IMG/VR virus record: IMGVR_UViG_3300048856_000062
Location: 1 to 43,837 of that record
DNA: 43,837 nt
DNA from: a virus
Lineage: Duplodnaviria > Caudoviricetes
Reading direction: 5' to 3' (one strand)
Positions 36,460 to 43,837 of the stretch are shown here, piece by piece. Under the pieces are notes generated by a model. That model saw nothing but the letters and a program-made list of their open reading frames with translations. It was not told the origin of the DNA and did no database searches. The position numbers were made by a program, and so were the translations under genes. How positions within the stretch are numbered: position 1 is the first letter of the stretch; every line of letters starts with the position of its first letter.

Positions 36460-38505
36460 ATGGCGAACACCGTCATCACCGGCCCCATCCTCGACTCCTT
36501 CGGCCAGCTCGCCAACGGCTACCTCTACGGGGAGCAGTCCGTCCGCCAGGAAATCAGCGGCGCCCTCGTCACGTCGATCACGGTGAAGGCCCGGGTGAAG
36601 GACGGCGTCCCGTTCCTCGACGACGGCGTCACCCCGCTCGAGGCGCCTCCCACGCTGCCCGGGGAGGCCATGAAGTTCATCGAGGACTTTCGGAACTACG
36701 ACAAGCAGGTCGTCAGGAACGTGATCGTGCCCGAGAACGGGCCTGTCGCGTACGCCGCGCTCGAGGAGGTCGTGAAGCCGTACGGCACGAGCTCGTTCAT
36801 CGTGCCGGGATCCATCAGGGCACTCATCGACACCGCATCCGGCGTCACCGCGGCGGCCGAGCAGGCTGACGGCGCGGCCGAACGAGCCGAGGCGGCCGCG
36901 GAGCTCGCCGAGCTCGTCGACGCGCAGACCGTCAACTCCGGCGAGATCGTCGGCGATGACCTCGTGCTGACCCGCACCGACGGCGGCACCATCGTCGCCG
37001 GCAACGTCCGAGGACCGCGAGGCCTCCCCGGTGTGAACTCGGTCTCCAACGACGAAGCGAACGCCGAACTCATCGCGACCAAGGGCACCGCGACGGAGAC
37101 CGCGCTCGCCGGAGTGCTCACGCGCTCCATCGGCGAGGCCAGGAAGCCCGTCGACAACATCATGCGCAGCCTCGACATGCGCGACCCGCGAGAGCTCGTC
37201 GTGCTCGGAGTCGGAGACTCCACCACATCCCCATACGCCACCGGCGCTTTCGAGCGCACGTGGAAGGAGCTGGCGGCCTCCGTCTGGCCCGAGCGCCCCG
37301 CCCGGGTGACTCGGTGGAGCAAGGAGGGGAACGCCTACAACGCGCCGGTTCTCTGGCAGGACGGTGCGAAGCCGGCCACACCGGGCGGCACGGTCCCGAA
37401 CTCGGTCATCGGCTCCGACACTTTCAGCGCCGACAACCAGGAGATGAACGGGCGCGTGCCCGACGTCGGCGCCAACTCGTGGACCGCGGCGGCCGGCGCC
37501 TACCTGGCGAACCAGGGCGAGATGATCTCCAACCCGGCCTACACGGGCGGAGGCATCCCGGCCGCCACTCTGCCCGCGCTCGCTCGCACTGGCAAGGACT
37601 TCAAGTTCTCCGGCCAATGGCGCATCCGGACCATCGGGTCCAGCATGCAGCGGCGAGTCCGTGCAGCTGCAGCGGGCGCACTCGACGCGCGCATCGTGGT
37701 GCTCGGCGGCGCCACCGCTACCTGCAGCCTGCAGGTGCCCGTGGGCGGGGTGCTGACCACGGTCGGCACCTTCCCTGCCGGCACGATCCCGTCGTCGACG
37801 GAGGCCTCGTGGTACTCGTTCTCGATCGAGCTCGTGGGCAACGCCGTCACGGCAACCCTGAACGGCGCGACCCTGAACTACACGATGGACCCCACGCAGG
37901 TGGCGCTGCTCGGGGACTCGTTTGGTCTGCAGGACCAGTCGGCGTACTCAGGCCTCCGAGCGATCGATGTGCGCGGCACCATCACGGAGCCCGCGACTCC
38001 GGGGGAGCCGTCGGATCTCGGCTTCCTCGAGGTCTACAACGCGTCCGTCGCCGGGTCGACGTTCGACTGGCAGCTCGCTCGCCTCGTCGCGATGACGCCG
38101 AAGCAGCCGGACCTCGTGTGGATCAACCACGGCATCAACTACTGGGCGCTTCACCTCAGCAACGAGGACTTCCTGGCGCGGTTCGATGCGTTCCTCGAGG
38201 CGCTGTTCACCCGATGGGAGCCCTGCCCGGTCGTCATCTCATCGCAGAACCCGCTCTTCGCTAAGTCGGGCGGCACCACGCAGGCTCAGGTCGACGAGCA
38301 CGAAGGGCACATGCTCGCGCTACGGCCCTACGCACGTGAGCGCGGCATGCTCTACCTGCCGTTCTACGAGGCCATGATCGCCCGCACCGACAAGGGTGAG
38401 TCGTTCATGCAGCCGGACGGGATCCACCCCCTGATCGGGACGGGGACCGGGCTGCAGACGACCTCATGGAAGGGCGTCATCCGCGCTCAGAGCGAGCGAC
38501 CCTAG
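36460..38505 (+). CDS. Tail fibre/receptor-binding protein with SGNH esterase domain
   Basis: GDDLVLTRTDGG...GPRGLPG; SGNH blocks GDST, NASVAG, HGIN and DGIHP, with a beta-rich insert after block I. Confidence 0.8.
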   Translation: MANTVITGPILDSFGQLANGYLYGEQSVRQEISGALVTSITVKARVKDGVPFLDDGVTPLEAPPTLPGEAMKFIEDFRNYDKQVVRNVIVPENGPVAYAALEEVVKPYGTSSFIVPGSIRALIDTASGVTAAAEQADGAAERAEAAAELAELVDAQTVNSGEIVGDDLVLTRTDGGTIVAGNVRGPRGLPGVNSVSNDEANAELIATKGTATETALAGVLTRSIGEARKPVDNIMRSLDMRDPRELVVLGVGDSTTSPYATGAFERTWKELAASVWPERPARVTRWSKEGNAYNAPVLWQDGAKPATPGGTVPNSVIGSDTFSADNQEMNGRVPDVGANSWTAAAGAYLANQGEMISNPAYTGGGIPAATLPALARTGKDFKFSGQWRIRTIGSSMQRRVRAAAAGALDARIVVLGGATATCSLQVPVGGVLTTVGTFPAGTIPSSTEASWYSFSIELVGNAVTATLNGATLNYTMDPTQVALLGDSFGLQDQSAYSGLRAIDVRGTITEPATPGEPSDLGFLEVYNASVAGSTFDWQLARLVAMTPKQPDLVWINHGINYWALHLSNEDFLARFDAFLEALFTRWEPCPVVISSQNPLFAKSGGTTQAQVDEHEGHMLALRPYARERGMLYLPFYEAMIARTDKGESFMQPDGIHPLIGTGTGLQTTSWKGVIRAQSERP

Positions 38506-38669
38506 AGCGGGTTGTTCTGCTGGTCCGTGGCCGCGTGCTCCTCGGAGCAGTAGACGACCATCGGGAGCACGCGGAACTCGCTGGCCGGGTCGACCTTCGC
38601 TCCGCACTCGGCGCAGCGGTCAGCCGTTCCGCCGAGGAGGGCCCGCCGAAGGGCGGTTCCCCACGTCAT
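38502..38669 (-). CDS. Small Zn-binding peptide, 55 aa (not in the ORF track)
   Basis: MTWGTALRRALLGGTADRCAECGAKVDPASEFRVLPMVVYCSEEHAATDQQNNPL; ATGA overlap with the SGNH gene stop. Confidence 0.6.
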   Translation of the reverse strand: MTWGTALRRALLGGTADRCAECGAKVDPASEFRVLPMVVYCSEEHAATDQQNNPL

Positions 38670-39448
38670 TCGAGGTCGGCGAGGTAAGGGGCCAGGGCGG
38701 CATTCATCTGATCGGCGATGGCTTGATGGCCGGCGTCCGTCGGGTGGATGCCGTCCGATCCGATCTCAATGCCGGGGGAGTCCAGCCATGGCAGAGGGTC
38801 GATGACGTTCGTGATGCCGTTCGCGAGCGCGGCCTCGAAGACCGCATCCCGCACCTGTTGTATTTTCTCGCTCGGCGGTGACGAGGGGTAGAACGGGCCC
38901 ACCACGATGATGTTCGCGTCGGGTAGCCCGGTCCTCAGTCGAGAGAAGACGTCGTTGGCGGCGGACGAGATCTCCTCTAGGGAGTAGCCCTCGTCGTTGA
39001 TGCCGCCCGCGACGATCACGGTCGTGGGGTTCGCAGCGATGACCGCGTCGACCCGACCGCTGTAGGGCTGCTTCTCACCGCCGGCCTGAACGTACCCGGT
39101 TCCACCTTGCGCATTGAACAGGGGCCCGTTGCGATCGAAGGACCAGCCCTGGGCTGCGGATACGATCGCCGGCCACCCGGTCGCTCCCACTCCGCCCTCG
39201 CCTGAACCGCCCGTGTACGAGTCGCCGAGGAACGCGACTCGCTCCGGCCGTCGGTCTTCCGTGGCCTCCACGCTCGGCGCCGGCGACCCGACCTGCACGG
39301 GTGCGGACGCTCCTGCATCCGGCGCGACCCTCTGGGGCAGCGCGAAACCTACGAGCACACCGGTCGCGATGACCAGGGCTCCGATGCCAGCGATGATCGG
39401 CCACTTCGGCGATTGCACGGATCGGCTGCGGCGGACGCTACTCGGCAT
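38666..39448 (-). CDS. Membrane-anchored SGNH/GDSL hydrolase
   Basis: N-terminal TM; FLGDSY, AQGGTGY, GGIND and DGIHP. Confidence 0.9.
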   Translation of the reverse strand: MPSSVRRSRSVQSPKWPIIAGIGALVIATGVLVGFALPQRVAPDAGASAPVQVGSPAPSVEATEDRRPERVAFLGDSYTGGSGEGGVGATGWPAIVSAAQGWSFDRNGPLFNAQGGTGYVQAGGEKQPYSGRVDAVIAANPTTVIVAGGINDEGYSLEEISSAANDVFSRLRTGLPDANIIVVGPFYPSSPPSEKIQQVRDAVFEAALANGITNVIDPLPWLDSPGIEIGSDGIHPTDAGHQAIADQMNAALAPYLADLE

Positions 39449-39566
39449 TCTGATCGACCATCTGCCGCACGGCGTCGGCCACGAAAGCTTCGACGGTCTC
39501 GCCTCGGAAGGCTGCGACTGCCCGCGCTCGCTCGAGTAGTCCCTGGTCGATCTCCACTATCGGCAT
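39438..39566 (-). CDS. Ribbon-helix-helix-like regulator, 42 aa (not in the ORF track)
   Basis: MPIVEIDQGLLERARAVAAFRGETVEAFVADAVRQMVDQNAE; GGGAG RBS; overlaps the SGNH start. Confidence 0.6.
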   Translation of the reverse strand: MPIVEIDQGLLERARAVAAFRGETVEAFVADAVRQMVDQNAE

Positions 39567-39576
39567 CCGCTCTCCC

Positions 39577-39609
39577 TGTTCAACACAGAAGCGTAGCGGG
39601 TGTTAAACA
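39577..39609 (-). promoter_or_regulatory. Putative -10 flanked by two palindromic operators
   Basis: TGTTCAACA (39577-39585) and TGTTAAACA (39601-39609) bracket a minus-strand TACGCT (39590-39595). Confidence 0.55.
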
Positions 39610-39667
39610 GAGATGATCTACAACCGTCACCCCCTTTTCGGGGTCGCTATGGGCCATGATCAGTGAC

Positions 39668-39847
39668 GTGCCGAATCAGCCAAAGAACCCCGTGAGAGGG
39701 TTCCGCATCCCAGACGATGTCTGGCGTGATCTGCAGCGCATTGCCGCGAAGCAGGGCAGCACACCCAGTGACGTCGTGCGAGACCTCATCCAGAGCTACG
39801 TCGACGACAACGTCTGGTCCGAAGGCGATCCTCCCGAACAGCCATGA
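39668..39847 (+). CDS. CopG/RHH DNA-binding protein
   Basis: MPNQPKNPVRGFRIPDDVW...TPSDVVRDLI; CATGAT-N7-GTG. Confidence 0.78.
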   Translation: MPNQPKNPVRGFRIPDDVWRDLQRIAAKQGSTPSDVVRDLIQSYVDDNVWSEGDPPEQP

Positions 39848-39852
39848 ACGTC

Positions 39853-39898
39853 AGAGCCCCCGTGGCCTTCTCTTCGGAGAGGGTCGCGGGGGCTTTTT
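39853..39898 (+). terminator. Rho-independent terminator
   Basis: Long GC stem, TTCG loop, T-tract. Confidence 0.85.
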
Positions 39899-40001
39899 CG
39901 TGGTCCGGGTGCTCGGCTACGCTCTCCACCAGTGAGGCGCGGCCAGCGCAGCCTCTCGGAGCCTGGGGGACAGCAGCATGCCACGTAGCGTCATTGCGCC
40001 G

Positions 40002-40355
40002 ATGATGAGGGACGTCGATCCTAAAGAGAAAGTCAGGGTGAAATACCTTTGGGCCATCGCCCGTCGGGGAGAAGTCACCGGGGCAGCCTTCGGAATCGCT
40101 ACCGGGGTCAAGTTCGAGACGGACATCTTCGGCACCGCCACCCCTGACCGTGATGAGGCGGTGAAGCACCCGATCACTCAGGACCTCATCGTCGCCGAGG
40201 CCGAGGAGATCGAAGCCGCCGACTTGGCCGGTCCGGACAACCGGATGGCCACCAAGCAGTTCGCAGCGATCTACGGTCTTATCGTGGACGAAGACTCGTG
40301 GGAGACCTTCGACGGTGGATTCGTGGAGCGCGTAAAGGTCGTCCTTTCGGCCTAG
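40002..40355 (+). CDS. Hypothetical protein (start uncertain, 39978-40005)
   Basis: Open frame; TAGCGT -10-like element at 39986-39991. Confidence 0.6.
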   Translation: MMRDVDPKEKVRVKYLWAIARRGEVTGAAFGIATGVKFETDIFGTATPDRDEAVKHPITQDLIVAEAEEIEAADLAGPDNRMATKQFAAIYGLIVDEDSWETFDGGFVERVKVVLSA

Positions 40356-40573
40356 TCCGTGAGGAGCGCGCGTAGCTGCCTCACTGCTGCGTCGATAGTC
40401 TCGAACGCACCGAGTTCGAGGACGCGGGCGGTCGCGGCAGCGTCGTCGGCATGGCTGAGCACCCATCCGGCCGCCTCATGCTCGACCCTCCACGGCGTCT
40501 CGACGAGCGTCCCGTCGAGTTCGCGCACGACCCAGTAGTGGTCGTCCTCGATCCCACGGGCGAGGTAGAGCAT
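40352..40573 (-). CDS. Hypothetical protein
   Basis: Starts MLYLARGIEDDHYWVV; TGATG-coupled to the upstream gene. Confidence 0.62.
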   Translation of the reverse strand: MLYLARGIEDDHYWVVRELDGTLVETPWRVEHEAAGWVLSHADDAAATARVLELGAFETIDAAVRQLRALLTD

Positions 40574-40707
40574 CAGGCGACGCGGTAGAAGAGTGGCCGC
40601 CATCCCTCGGGGATCTGCAGAGCGGCCTTTGCCGCGGTGCAGTCGGGGCCTTCGCCGGTGAGCTCGAGGCGCTCGTCGCCGCGGGCGGCCGTGGTCTGCA
40701 GGATCAT
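40573..40707 (-). CDS. Small hypothetical protein, 44 aa
   Basis: TAGGCT-N7-ATG; starts MILQTTAARG. Confidence 0.55.
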   Translation of the reverse strand: MILQTTAARGDERLELTGEGPDCTAAKAALQIPEGWRPLFYRVA

Positions 40708-40717
40708 GGCGCCGAGC

Positions 40718-41017
40718 CTACATTCCGTCGCCGCGGTAGGTGTTGTTGAGCACGGCGGGCACAGCCGCACTGAGAGCAGCCCTGTGGCAGGCCATGGCGG
40801 CGTCGTCGAGCTCGCGATAGTAGCCATCGGCGAGCAACCACCGCCGCTTCGGGTCCTCGTGCCATCTGACCGTGCGCCATCGCGACGTCGGCTCGCCCTC
40901 GAGCTGCACATTCACCCACCGGATGATCGCGAACGGCTCCTTGGTGCCCGGGGTCGGGAAGATGAACTCCATCGGCAGCAGGGACTGCACGGGGCGGAAG
41001 TCGGTGGCGGTCGGCAA
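40718..41017 (-). CDS. Hypothetical protein
   Basis: GAGGAG RBS before TTG at 41017; TACGAT -10 at 41066-41071. Confidence 0.62.
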   Translation of the reverse strand: MPTATDFRPVQSLLPMEFIFPTPGTKEPFAIIRWVNVQLEGEPTSRWRTVRWHEDPKRRWLLADGYYRELDDAAMACHRAALSAAVPAVLNNTYRGDGM

Positions 41018-41095
41018 GGGGGTGCTCCTCTCGAGTGTGGGGAGCGCGCCGGCCCGCGCGAGACGATCGTAGACATGGCCACCGACGACACGCCA

Positions 41096-41135
41096 AAGCC
41101 CCGCGCCCTCCTTCACTGGGAGAGGCGCAGGGCTT
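41096..41135 (-). terminator. Terminator hairpin after the SHOCT gene
   Basis: Imperfect stem AAGCCC-CGCGCC-CTCC...GGAG-AGGCGC-AGGGCTT. Confidence 0.6.
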
Positions 41136-41147
41136 CTGTCGTTCTGG

Positions 41148-41690
41148 CTACATGCGGGCCAGGAGCTCGGCCTTCTTCGTGGCGAATTCCCCGTCAGAGA
41201 GGATGCCTGCGGCGTGGAGCCCGGCGAGCTGCTGCAGCTGGGCGGGCACATCGGCGGCCGGTGCTGCCGGCGCCGGCTCGGCGGGCGGTGCCGCGTATGC
41301 AGGGGCCGCCGCGGGAGCTACCTGCTGCGACGGGTGAGAACCGACGATTAGCTGCGTCAGCACTTCCTTCACCGCGGCGGCCTCCTTGTGCGAGACGCGG
41401 AAATCGACGGTGTTCCCCGTCGTGATGACCTGCACGATCGTGTTCGAGAAGCCGTCGCGCTTCGTCGTTACCGATGAGATCGACTTCACGGGGATCATCT
41501 CGGTGCTCGCCTTGCCGCCCTTCACGCCGGTCGCGAGCGTCGAGAGGCCAAGGGTGAGCACGCCGGCCGTCACCTTGCCGCTGGAGATCCCGCGAGGGCG
41601 GTCCCACTCGACGCGATCCGGGTAGATCATGATCTTCGCGTTCTTCCCCTGGATGTGCGACGTGAACGTGTAGATGGCCTGTTGCTCCAT
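41148..41690 (-). CDS. Bacterial PH-like plus SHOCT domain protein
   Basis: IPVKSISSV pattern; C-terminal QLQQLAGLHAAGILSDGEFATKKAELL (SHOCT); GGAGGGG RBS and TATGCT -10. Confidence 0.82.
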   Translation of the reverse strand: MEQQAIYTFTSHIQGKNAKIMIYPDRVEWDRPRGISSGKVTAGVLTLGLSTLATGVKGGKASTEMIPVKSISSVTTKRDGFSNTIVQVITTGNTVDFRVSHKEAAAVKEVLTQLIVGSHPSQQVAPAAAPAYAAPPAEPAPAAPAADVPAQLQQLAGLHAAGILSDGEFATKKAELLARM

Positions 41691-41767
41691 GCGATTCCCC
41701 TCCGGACTGCTGTGTCGACGACAGCATAAGCCAGGGGAGTGTCGGTGGTCACCTGCAGGATGCTGGC

Positions 41768-41956
41768 ATGCTCACCGACCGGGATCGCCAGCTGCTCGCC
41801 TTCGAGGAACGCTGGGCGGGGCAGCCTGTCGGCCGCGAGGTCGCCGCGCTCCCCGATCTCGGACTGCGTCGGGCCCGCCATGGGCAGCTCCTCGCGCAGT
41901 TGCTCGAGCGGGAGGATGCCCTGGCTGAGTACCCGAGCGAAACCGGCGCCTGCTGA
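41768..41956 (+). CDS. DUF3263-like protein, possibly degenerate
   Basis: LTDRDRQLLAFEERW...GL...QLLAQLLE...ALAEYP pattern; CAGGAT-N6-ATG. Confidence 0.6.
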   Translation: MLTDRDRQLLAFEERWAGQPVGREVAALPDLGLRRARHGQLLAQLLEREDALAEYPSETGAC

Positions 41957-41973
41957 GGCGCGACGCGTAGACG

Positions 41974-41995
41974 TTTGCCCCATGGCTGCCCCACG
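41974..41995 (+). repeat. Putative integrase arm-type sites (right pair)
   Basis: TTTGCCCCATG and GCTGCCCCACG, matching 1029-1050. Confidence 0.7.
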
Positions 41996-42053
41996 GCGAG
42001 GGTGCCGGGGGAGTGCCTGTGATGGGGGTGGTGCGGGATTCCGCGGGACTATC

Positions 42054-42129
42054 TGGTGGGCGATACCGGACTCGAACCGATGACCTCTTCCGTGTGAAGG
42101 AAGCGCGCTACCAACTGCGCCAATCGCCC
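42054..42129 (-). tRNA. tRNA-Val(CAC), integration target
   Basis: 76-nt cloverleaf; anticodon arm CTTCC-TTCACAC-GGAAG; GGTTCGAGTCC; ends ACCA. Confidence 0.96.
42056..42102. repeat. Prophage att core, right copy
   Basis: Identical to 869-915. Confidence 0.97.
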
Positions 42130-42268
42130 GGGGGCAGTTACCGATAGTAGCGGACGCGGAGGGGTGCTCGTGAACACCGGGAGACGCGACACGCTGTCCC
42201 GGTGACGATTTGGCAATCCCCGAGAGAGTCGGCTAATGTCTAACCCGTTGCAGAAATGCAGCGGAAAT

Positions 42269-42340
42269 GCGGATGTGGCGCAGTGGTAGCGCATCACCTT
42301 GCCAAGGTGAGGGTCGCGAGTTCGAATCTCGTCATCCGCT
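42269..42340 (+). tRNA. tRNA-Gly(GCC)
   Basis: Acceptor stem GCGGATG/CATCCGC; anticodon loop TTGCCAA; GTTCGAATC. Confidence 0.95.
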
Positions 42341-42376
42341 CGAGTGAAGTTACTCGTCTGTGGGAAACCCACATAC

Positions 42377-42450
42377 GGTGGCGTGGCCGAGAGGCGAGGC
42401 AGCGGCCTGCAAAGCCGTCCACACGGGTTCAAATCCCGTCGCCACCTCCA
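42377..42450 (+). tRNA. tRNA-Cys(GCA)
   Basis: Acceptor stem GGTGGCG/CGCCACC; loop CTGCAAA; ends TCCA. Confidence 0.95.
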
Positions 42451-42476
42451 CTCGGTCTCTCAGAAGCAACACCTTT

Positions 42477-42548
42477 GGGCGATTGGCGCAGCGGTAGCGC
42501 GCTTCCCTGACACGGAAGAGGTCACTGGTTCGATCCCAGTATCGCCCA
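42477..42548 (+). tRNA. tRNA-Val(GAC)
   Basis: Acceptor stem GGGCGAT/ATCGCCC; loop CTGACAC. Confidence 0.95.
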
Positions 42549-42557
42549 CAGAGATAT

Positions 42558-42588
42558 AGGCCCCCGAGAATACTTGGGGGCCTTTTCT
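42558..42588 (+). terminator. tRNA operon terminator
   Basis: AGGCCCCC/GGGGGCCT stem followed by a T-tract. Confidence 0.8.
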
Positions 42589-42621
42589 CATTCCCCACCC
42601 CACGAGGAAAGGTGTCGATTC

Positions 42622-43125
42622 ATGGTCGCTTCTGCCGAAGAGGGTTCCGGGCCCGCCGTCGTGCTCCTGTCGGAGCAGGGCGAGGGCATCGCCACCCTCG
42701 CCGGGCTCGCGCACTCGATCGCCGAGGAGGACTTCCGCGTCGTGCGGATCGCCGCCGAGTCGGCGGACGACGTGGTGGGCGTGCTCGACGAACTCGAGGT
42801 GGCGGATGCCTGGATCGGCGGCCACGGCTACGGCGGCACCATCGCGCGCCTCGTGGCGCTCGAGCACCACGACCGCGTGAACGGCGTGATCCTGCTCGGC
42901 GTCGAGTCGGCCGAGACCCTGCCGGCACTGGCCGAGGGCATCCCGGTGCTCGTCGTGCAGGCCGCGGCCGACGATGTGACTCCGCCGGCGAACGGGGAGT
43001 CCCTCAAGGAGTCCGCGCCCGGGCTCGTGAGCGTCGTCACGATCGAGGGTGCCGGACACGACTTCCCCTCCTCGCACGCCGGTGAGACCGCCTGGGCCAT
43101 CGAGGACTACCTCGACTGGGACTGA
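42622..43125 (+). CDS. Host alpha/beta-hydrolase-fold protein
   Basis: GGHGYGG elbow (Gly in place of Ser), DDVTP, GAGH; GAAAGG RBS. Confidence 0.78.
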   Translation: MVASAEEGSGPAVVLLSEQGEGIATLAGLAHSIAEEDFRVVRIAAESADDVVGVLDELEVADAWIGGHGYGGTIARLVALEHHDRVNGVILLGVESAETLPALAEGIPVLVVQAAADDVTPPANGESLKESAPGLVSVVTIEGAGHDFPSSHAGETAWAIEDYLDWD

Positions 43126-43182
43126 CCCCGACCCCCGGTAGGCTTGGGTGGTTCTCTTCGACGCAGGCAGGAGCCCTCACCC

Positions 43183-43837
43183 GTGGCAACAGGATTCGAT
43201 CTCTTCACCGACCGGGCCGTCGTGGCCATGCGGGTCAACGGCGAACTGAAGGACCTCGCCGCGACGGTGACCGACGACGACACCGTCGAGGCCGTCGAGA
43301 TCGGCAGCCCCGACGGGCTCGCCATCCTCCGCCACTCCGCCGCCCACGTGGCCGCGCAGGCCGTGCAGTCGATCAACCCCGAGGCCAGGCTCGGGATCGG
43401 CCCGCCCGTGACCGACGGCTTCTACTACGACTTCGACGTGGCCGAGCCGTTCACGCCGGAGGACCTCAAGGCCATCGAGAAGGCCATGGAGCGCATCGTG
43501 CGCGCCGGCCAGCGGTTCGTGCGCCGCGTCGTCACCGAGGACGAGGCACGCGCCGAGCTCGCCGACGAGCCCTACAAGCTCGAGCTCATCGGCCTCAAGG
43601 GCGGATCCGCCGACGCCGCCGGTGAAGACGCCCTCGGCGGCGACAACGAGTCGGTCGAGGTCGGCGGCGCCGAGCTCACCATCTACGACAACGTCGATCC
43701 GAAGACCGGTGAGACCGTCTGGAAGGACCTCTGCCGCGGCCCGCACCTGCCCTCCACCCGCCAGATCGGCAACGGCTTCGCGCTCACCCGCCTCGCCGCC
43801 GCCTACTGGCGCGGGTCGGAGAAGAACAAGCAGCTGC
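43183..43837 (+). CDS. thrS: Threonyl-tRNA synthetase (5' partial)
   Basis: [42 protein letters not shown]. Confidence 0.95.
   Translation, partial: MATGFDLFTDRAVVAMRVNGELKDLAATVTDDDTVEAVEIGSPDGLAILRHSAAHVAAQAVQSINPEARLGIGPPVTDGFYYDFDVAEPFTPEDLKAIEKAMERIVRAGQRFVRRVVTEDEARAELADEPYKLELIGLKGGSADAAGEDALGGDNESVEVGGAELTIYDNVDPKTGETVWKDLCRGPHLPSTRQIGNGFALTRLAAAYWRGSEKNKQL

Larger units (their letters stand above)
869..42102. mobile_element. Temperate siphovirus prophage integrated in tRNA-Val(CAC); predicted excised circle 41,187 bp
   Basis: 47-bp direct repeats, adjacent integrase, and complete lysogeny, replication, packaging, head, tail and lysis modules with no obvious disruptions. Confidence 0.97.

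Noticed and set aside
36460-41956. Diversity-generating retroelement or invertible tail cassette
   Set aside because: No reverse transcriptase, invertase or template/variable repeat pair was seen.
42477-42548. tRNA-Val(GAC) as an alternative prophage boundary
   Set aside because: It is inverted relative to the att core and mismatched in the anticodon and T arms. Only tRNA-Val(CAC) matches exactly.

Overview
High-GC actinobacterial chromosome segment (Microbacteriaceae-like, inferred) containing an apparently complete temperate siphovirus prophage of about 41.2 kb. The prophage lies between two identical 47-bp att cores (869-915 and 42056-42102) in the 3' half of a minus-strand tRNA-Val(CAC). 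Gene order: tyrosine integrase, ImmA-like metallopeptidase, HTH repressor; divergent Cro/Xis-like genes; RusA, YqaJ exonuclease, Erf; a replication initiator with internal iterons, a loader-like gene and DnaB; an accessory hotspot (14.6-18.6 kb); terminase, portal, ClpP-scaffold, capsid and tail genes with the lysis cassette in the middle of the tail genes; an SGNH tail protein; and a right-end accessory region. Host flanks are a partial SGNH-like membrane protein gene on the left, and tRNA-Gly/Cys/Val, an alpha/beta-hydrolase-fold gene and the start of thrS on the right. The most notable signals are: (i) accessory cassettes that share a leaderless -10/N6-7/start layout, several flanked by short microhomologies; (ii) one cassette that appears to split a Zn-ribbon-HTH gene in frame; (iii) an RHH/membrane SGNH esterase/Zn-peptide operon facing the virion SGNH gene; and (iv) integration giving the target tRNA an encoded CCA. 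All family calls come from motifs read by eye; no database search was run.
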